Source: Mizuhopecten yessoensis | Lineage: Eukaryota | DNA length: 56,827 nucleotides | Assembly (NCBI RefSeq): GCF_002113885.1 | Contig: NW_018408109.1 | Location: 1,329,396-1,386,222, forward strand | Direction: 5' to 3' | Position numbers and translations under genes: made by a program | Notes under the pieces: model-generated | The model's database searches: none | What the model was told of the DNA's origin: nothing | The model's input: the letters and a program-made list of their open reading frames with translations, nothing else | Part shown: one piece after another, positions 49,201 to 56,827 of the stretch | Numbering within the stretch: position 1 is the stretch's first letter | How the letters are laid out: every line of letters starts with the position of its first letter

Positions 49201-51349
49201 TAATTACGATTCCTGCTGGGAATGTATACAAATTTGGCATTACTTTTATTCGAAAAACATGTTCGGTTCCTGATGGGATGTTGTACATTTTTCATGTATT
49301 GTCAATAATGAATAATATAGCATTTTACACTAGATATCAATAAAACAATTTTTTGCATCAACTCACATTGAAAGCGTAATATTTTTCCTACAAATACGAT
49401 TTCAGTTTTAGTTAAGTATCACAAAAATATACCTATTTTTAACAGTTTTCTCTATAATCTACTTTTATTTTATACCAATTATTATTTAGTTTACTTTATA
49501 ATTACGATTCCTGCTAGGAATGTATACAATTTTGTCATTACTTTTATTCGAAAAACATGCTCGGTTCCTGATGGGATGTTGTATATTTTTCATGTATATA
49601 TGTCCCCATATAAAATTGGGAGCTTTCTGCTGTGTCTTCGGCTTAGGAATCACTTATTAAAATGTGTATCCTCTACAGTGTACTGTCTATTTCCATATTT
49701 TAGTTTCTTACTCTTCCAGAAACCCTTGTCGTACTCTCCTTATATTGTTTCAAGAGGGTGCATGTCAATGCTTCTTATGGTCATAGTTTGTCCTAGTGTT
49801 ATTAATTTTGAGTTCGAATGACGGTTTTGTTCACACATTGGTATTCCCTTGACGTTTATTTTCATACTGAACCATTTCCTACATATCTAATCCCCATGCT
49901 TCACCTGGCACATAAACCGTTTACAAACTGTCTACCGTGATACTAAACAATGGTTATTATAACAACACATGTAATAATACTGACAACCGTTGTTACAGCT
50001 GCTGAGGGCAAGACTGTGTTGTTGGGGTTTGCTTTGTACTTCTACACCTACGCTACACTGGTTGGACGTATCATTTACCTTGAGGATTTGTTCTTGTCAG
50101 AGGCCTACAGGGGGCGTGGCATAGGGGCAAAACTTTTCAAGACAGTAGCGCAGGTAATCCTGAACTCTTCAATTCCCCTTCTGTGATTCTGTTGCAGTGG
50201 ATCTTATCATTATAATTATTAGTTCCTCACTAGTACTACCGCAGGATATTAAAAGTTTGCACTGTCCTTTCATATTAATTTTTCCGTTTCAAAGTTTTTC
50301 CATGCAAATCATTTAACCAATCGTACATAGAGTTTCAAATTTTGGTTTTTACGCAAATATTCTCATTGTCTAACACAATAATAAACGTATAAAGGCTGCG
50401 TTCTTTGGATTTTCCCACAATACTTCGGTGAACATTTCTCTGAGACAAACAAGACGTATGACGCATAGTCAGCATCGAATCGTCGTAGTTCAATATGAAA
50501 ATATTCAACTTTCAATGCTTGTGTCACTGCTAGTCATATTCATTTCGAGACACATGTTTCCGCGTCAATTGGTGAATATCGCGAATTTAAATATTAAATA
50601 CAAAAATAAGTATTCAGAATATAGAAAGGTCAACAGTTAAAAGTTAACACTCTTTCCAAGATAATATTCATTTTGCAGAGTAAAGTTGGACAGTATTCGG
50701 AATAACGAATAACGGAAAACTGTACATGTTTTATATTGTCTCTGTCTCACTCCATGCACGTGTTCAAAAGTTGGGCACCGGCACTGGTTCTATAACCCTT
50801 TAAACCCAATACTCGATAATTGTCAAAAATGAAATTTTGTTCATAGAACATGCTCATGTTCCTGGCTCAGAGTGAATGCCTATTCAATCCTAATTGAACT
50901 CGTTGTTAATATTCTCTGAGGTATCCCCTGTACTTGGAACCTTTCAAAATGTGGGCACCGACATATACTTCAATTGGAAATCCTTTATAATTTTGCATAG
51001 CGAATAACTTTCTAACTTTACTTGTTACCACGAGAAGTAAAGTTAGAAAGTAATTCGTTATTCTGAATAACTTTACTTTGCTAATTAGTTTTTAATGCTT
51101 GTTATGGATGATTTGTTTTCAGTGTTTATATTACATGTACACATTTCTGATAGAGTCATATGTGTGTGTTTGAGTTAGATTGGTACCGCACATAATTGTC
51201 AGAAGATGCAGTGGGTGGCGCACACGTGGAACAAACCGTCCATAGAGTTCTATAAGAAACAGGGAGCAGTGAATATGACTGAAAAAGAGAAGTGGAACAT
51301 ATTCCAACTGACCAGGCCGGAGTCGGAACAACTATCTAAGAAACAATAA
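46267..51349 (+). CDS. SAT2: SAT1/SAT2-like acetyltransferase, copy 3, 173 aa
   Basis: Exons 46267-46332, 46727-46784, 47473-47544, 49999-50153, 51179-51349; exon 2 has two extra codons; YLEDLF, YRGRGIG, WNKPSIEFYK; open reading. Confidence 0.93.
48129..48200 (-). mobile_element. tRNA-like SINE head
   Basis: Minus strand TAGCTCAGCGGTAGAGCA...GGTTCGAGCCC has A and B boxes but no paired acceptor stem. Confidence 0.7.
48521..48742. mobile_element. MITE family A copy
   Basis: TACTGTTTCCCGGGAAA ... ATTTCCGGTATACAGTA. Confidence 0.8.
48867..49597. repeat. Local tandem triplication (units about 160, 273 and 298 bp) in SAT copy 3 intron 3
   Basis: TGTCAATAATGA.TAATATAGCATTTTACACTAGATATCAATAAAAC starts at 48867, 49027 and 49300. 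Confidence 0.92.
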
Positions 51350-54258
51350 CCTATTGATAGTAATGTCGAAAACATTTGTATACGTTTGAACTAAAACTTG
51401 TCTTGGAAGCTACTTCTAGGAGGATTTTCCTGTTTGAATTATGAAGTTAAAGGAAACCAAAACTCGATATGTACTGAAGTAAATAAAAAAAGATTCAATC
51501 AAAGACGTTGTCATGTTTCAATCATTAATTAAGAACAGATCAGTGTAATAAATGATGAAATATATCGTTTAACACTCCCCAGTGAAGTCAGGATCGTTTT
51601 CAACATTCTTCAGTAGTCACATTCAGACATGCAGAAACAGCTGCTTTAAAGGTTCTGCTTCGAGGATCTTCCTGTTAGTTAATTTATTTAATAAAATGTA
51701 GAAATACAATAAGTGAATAAATTAAACCAATTCATCAAGGGTTGTCACGTTTTGAAAATGAATTGACGAAAACGTGTATCTGTGTGTAAAAAATGATGAA
51801 AATATAAAGCTAGAAATTGTCAATTTAGGTAATCTTTTACTAGATATTTGTTATCATATCGACTATAAAATTTAGCAAATTTCATTTGTAGGGACTTATC
51901 TGTCAAATTGTGTTGCAAACCGTCCTTTGATGTTTTGCATATATATATGCATATATCAAACACACAACACTTCCCTTAAATAAATCATTGTTTATTGTAT
52001 TTCATTACTTTAAGCCTGAATATTACGAAAGAGTCAAACATGCACACATGAAAAAAGGAAAGTCATTAATACAAATAAAAAGACATGGACAATAATGAGC
52101 GGAATTCGCTTGAAGTAAGCTAAGTGAAAACAATTAATAGATCTACATATTTCACGTTTGTTCATGCAATACATCTTTATCAAGTTTAGCTGAGAACTGT
52201 TATCATTAGGCAAAAGGCCTGCTTTTTACTTATTCATGACCCATGCAATAGACTTGTATCTAATTTATCTAGTATAGATTGATACGGTTATGCATAGACC
52301 TACCGCAAATATAGGACTTTATCTGATGCAAAAAAATCTAAATTAACTTATCTAGTATTTACTGTCACGATTATGCAAATCTGCAGCATGCACAATTTTT
52401 TAGTTTTTTATTTAATACACTCATATTTTATTGGACAGACCACAAAATCAAACATGTAATTGACATAACAAATACATAAAACTACATCTCGGACATTCAA
52501 TGCGCCTTTAGCTACTGATCTACCATAAAGCAAGTTTTAAAAAGCTGTTGGTACTCCGTACCGCAGTCTGCGATTTTATTATACAAATACAATTTATCGC
52601 ATTAAAAGTTGTCAACATTGTTCTCAACACTGCCGGTTCATGGTAAGTTTAGTACTTTGCCGTCGTCTTTTAGTTTCATTTGTTTCTGGTTTCCTCGCGG
52701 AGCTCTTCATAAGAACATGTTGCCTCACAGTAGTTAATTATTTTCCTGAAAGAAACATGTATCTTTGTCAGAGCTCGAAACATTACACAAAAGTTCCCAT
52801 CCTCAGTTGAATTAGAAGAATATGTGCTCTTATCTTTAACAAGGGTTCTAAACGTTACAACGAGCTTCATGACCTGCTTAATTGACAAAAACAGACGTTG
52901 CAAGCACAACAGCAAAAGGATACTTTTGAATGATGCTCACATAATTTTCATTGTACTTAAAGTCAAGTTACCAAAATGTACAGCAAAGTCTCGGCAAATC
53001 TGGTTCATTTATATTCTATCTTAAGTTATCAATAACTTCCATCACAATTCAGCATAGTTTTAACAGTAAATTTTGAATTTCAAATCGAAATTGAATTACG
53101 AATATGGCTGCCATGGCAGATACAACACATTCACAAATAGGCGCCAAAATAACAGTAAACGGTTAAACCAATCACAGATCATTTCTGTACCACATAAGAA
53201 AACTGATTTACAGTAAAACCTCATTTTACTGCCACCATTTGTTCAAATAAATGTTGGCGTTGTAAAGGGGTTTGGCGATGAATTGAAGGAAATGATAGAA
53301 AACGTGCCATTGAAAAAACGGTTAAGGAGGTGGCATATGTGAGGAGGGGCATTATATCGAGGTTTAATTTTACTGGAATTTGAGTTAAAAGAGAAAACTT
53401 ATTTTACGATAGCTGTCATGGCGGCCAAATAGAAATTCAAACTATCTCCAAAGAAGAAAAATAAATCTAAGACCAGACACTGATAATTTCCATTAAATTT
53501 CAGTAAAATATTTTCAGCAGAATTTGCGTTTAGGTAAGAATAGATTTTCAAAATGGCCTATATGACGGCTATATTTGATTTCAAATTGGTTACAACTCAG
53601 TTGAGACCATATATCGATTATTTCCATCACATTTATGAATAATGAGTTCAAAATAAATGTTCGATATGTCTGCAATCGCAGTAGTACTGAATTTCAAGTC
53701 GTGCGACTGTCGACGAGCAACGGAGGAGCTAAAAATGTTTTTTCACAATCTCGTTTAGGATACAACAAAATGAAAACCACATGGGTGATCCTTTATATCA
53801 CTGGAGCACTTAATAATCTCCTGTGGAACTACAATGTACATATTACAGCTGTCCTGATCTAATGGAAGAGCCCTAGCAATATCTAACACATTTCGAACTG
53901 CGTGTCACTAGCACTGACACACAGGTCAAGTGCTCAAAACGTGTACATACATTTTCTTGAATTGAAATATAATGTCTCGCACTATAGACTTTGTAGAACG
54001 AGACATCCACTGCGCCACAACTTCTACCATGCATGCTCAGCATGTCGTAGCCAGTTGATACCAGCTCAACAAATGTCATACATTCTGAGAGCTATTTATC
54101 GGAGACACAAGATCCAATAAAAACACCGATTTAAAAGATACAGTCCTAAGGATATGTAAACGCATATGTGGGAACACTTTGAGTTTGATTATAACTTGAT
54201 TTAACACGAGATGATATCAAAGCTACGACACCTATTTGTATTGATATGACGGTAAAAC

Positions 54259-54662
54259 TCATGTGAGATATAATACATTAGAACTGTTTCTCCTGTTGTA
54301 CCGTCTCTCTATAAAAGGCAAAACCAGGAGCAATATAACTGCAATGATAGACATTGAACCCGTAAAGTGTAAAGCATGGGCCCAAGTTCCAGTGCTGTCC
54401 TTGATGAGTCCTGCAAATAAAAACAAAACAAAAAGAAAATGTTTGTCAAATATACACATACCCCTTGCTATTGCTTTTATGAATACTTAGTCTAAACGAA
54501 GTGTAATAAACGTGAAGCTTAACCAACAAAGTGGGACCAAGCAAAGTCTACCCAAAGTCAGTTTTATGCAAATAGTTGCTACAGTGACCTACTTTTGATT
54601 AATTGGTGTAGTACTCATCAAGATGTAACGAAATTTGAAAAATGATGAATGTTCGACTTCAA

Positions 54663-54706
<44 letters not shown>

Positions 54707-56827
54707 NTTTAATTTTGCGAATTAGATCCCTTGCTCTAGATTGTGTCATAGACGATGGAGCTTAATAGTTAAATCAAACAAATGTATCCTTCGGACGGAC
54801 CGACTAAAGGGCAAAAACTACATGCCTCTTCCCTTTGTGGCCAGGACACACATGCCTCTTCCCTTTGTGGCGAACGCACACATGACGTTGAGACTGTTGT
54901 TGCCGTCCAATTTGTATGAATAGTAAATCGAAACTAAATATCCGCTTTACCGGCGAAATTATGAAACAGGACAACGTTTGGAATGAAATCAAAACCATGA
55001 TTTGTATAGGAAAAACATAACATCAATCGCTGTCATTAATACCATGGTATTGAATCTGGTGCCTCATATTGATTTTCATTTTTAAATGAACTTTTAGATT
55101 CATATAAAATATGACGGTAATATTAGTCTGCATAACAATCAGAACTAAGGGTAAAGGCTATTACTAATGGTAGCAGATGGAAAATGAATGGCTTAGCTTG
55201 GATATAAAGGTAACAGTTAGCAACAAGTTAAACTAAAATGTTACCATTGTCTCTGAAGCGATCTGTTTATGTTATATTCAAAATAAAATGTTCAATAAAA
55301 AGCACATGTCGCAATGCACTTTGGAGTGTGCAACCGAACACAGACTGATTTAAATTTATTTTAAATATCCCGATATATGATATTTGAACAAAACAGTCGA
55401 TTTCATCTGTTACAGAAGGACATTAATGCAATACCCTAACATCTTGATAGTTTTGTTTTATGTATACAGTATTCGGGGCTATCATATTATATTTAAATAG
55501 GTTTGTCAACGCAATCAGTATGATACAATGTAACACCATTATCTGTGGTTATGAAATAAAAATGCATACAATGTTTTGTATATATCATTTAATTTTATGA
55601 TAATTCGCCATGCAATTCTATTTTTTTTTGTTTCGTTTAATGCATATGTGTGTTGCATTAATAGCTTACAAAAGCTAATTTTTCTCGTTTATGTGTATGC
55701 GACTCTAAATGAACTGTCTTGTATCAATTTAAGAATAACACGAAGCACTAATACACATTTTTAGGAGGTCGTTAAATGCTTTTAACATGTACCACATGTG
55801 ATAGGATATTAAGCTATTTAAAGACACACAGAATTCTCAAAAAGCATGATTAATTTGTAAATCAAGTCAAATGATGATGACCTGTCAAACATGTTTCGGT
55901 CGTGAACAGGTAAGTGCATAACACCTTGACTCAAAGGCTCTCTTCCATGTCTGGCATATTATCAAAGCTAGCTAATTGTTTGGATACATTTGACTGCATG
56001 GTATCTCAGTCTTATTTGCAAGTCTTCAGTCTTAATTTCAAATCAGGCTTAATATTGCGATTTCAGGGTATCCTAAAACACAAATTTGAGACTAAACGGA
56101 TATAATTCTATTTAATTATTTGTCAACTGCACTACAATATACATGTACCTCACTAAATATCACAGTGTGTTAAAACCAACACGTCATATGACCAGTCGGA
56201 TAATCTTCATCGGGTAACTTTCACTCAGTCAACTATTTTCTTTTTCATCATTTCCAAGTCCTTTTTACTGTATATATATATTAAGAATATAATTGGATTA
56301 GGCATAGACATCGCAAATGAACCTTTCTCAATTTCCCCTTAACATGTAATAACTATACAGGTAGGGTATGGTATATACTGAGACGTCCTAAAATGGACTA
56401 AGCTTTGAATAGGACGTTAAGTCCTACAAAAACCAAACCAAACATGAGAACATGTATTCACTGTCACGATAAGTTCGCTACGGAGGGCGACAACGGCGAA
56501 ACTTGCCCGGTATACAGTATATTCAAATATCCTACCAATGTCATTCTGAGAATTCAAGATACATACCTGATGCCCAAGGGTTAATGAGTGTTACAATGGA
56601 AGCAGCTAGACAGATAAATCCCCAGGCACTGGGCAACAATTTTAAGCCGACTTTATCGATCAGAAGTATCAGGAGGGTGCTTTGGTATCCTCCGGCAAAG
56701 CAGCCGTACGACGACATAAACAGGGATAGCGTCAGAAAAGACCGAAACAATGGCGTCACGATCACACCCACGGCACAAACTGCAACACATATGGTAAAGA
56801 TGACGTGACGGCGTTTTGGGAATATGT
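54259..56827 (-). CDS. Monocarboxylate transporter (SLC16/MCT-like MFS), last two coding exons; 5' part beyond the right edge
   Basis: Exon from beyond 56827 to 56567 ...YGCFAGGYQSTLLILLIDKVGLKLLPSAWGF...PWAS(G); terminal exon 54410-54259 (G)LIKDSTGTWAHALHFTG...*; GT-AG phase-1 intron; matches the MCT TM10-12 pattern. Confidence 0.85.
54665..54706. repeat. (AT)n microsatellite
   Basis: About 21 AT units followed by an N. Confidence 0.97.

Noticed and set aside
52600-53030. 79-aa minus-strand ORF between SAT copy 3 and the MCT gene
   Set aside because: No recognisable domain or splice context; could be an old TE remnant.

Overview
AT-rich, intron-containing animal genomic DNA. The SINE and HINE repertoire suggests a bivalve mollusc (inference). 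Genes, left to right: (1) the first three coding exons of a kinesin-3 (KIF28-like) gene on the minus strand, whose first intron is a consensus U12-type AT-AC minor-spliceosome intron; (2) a divergently transcribed, uncharacterised 4-5-exon gene for a signal-peptide plus single-TM protein with a Cys-rich cytoplasmic domain; (3) a decayed class A GPCR fragment; (4) three tandem, intact 5-exon SAT1/SAT2-like GNAT acetyltransferase genes with diverged substrate pockets; (5) the last two coding exons of an SLC16/MCT-like transporter on the minus strand. Between SAT copies 1 and 2 is a truncated Ngaro/DIRS-group retroelement (RNase H tail, intact tyrosine recombinase, intact SGNH hydrolase) nested inside a TIR element with a 9-bp target-site duplication. 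An empty copy of that TIR element lies 1.2 kb away. The rest is minisatellites (52, 35, 95 and 48 bp units, some with higher-order structure), tRNA-derived SINEs, MITEs, HINE-like elements and one 44-N assembly gap. All calls were read by eye; no database searches were run.
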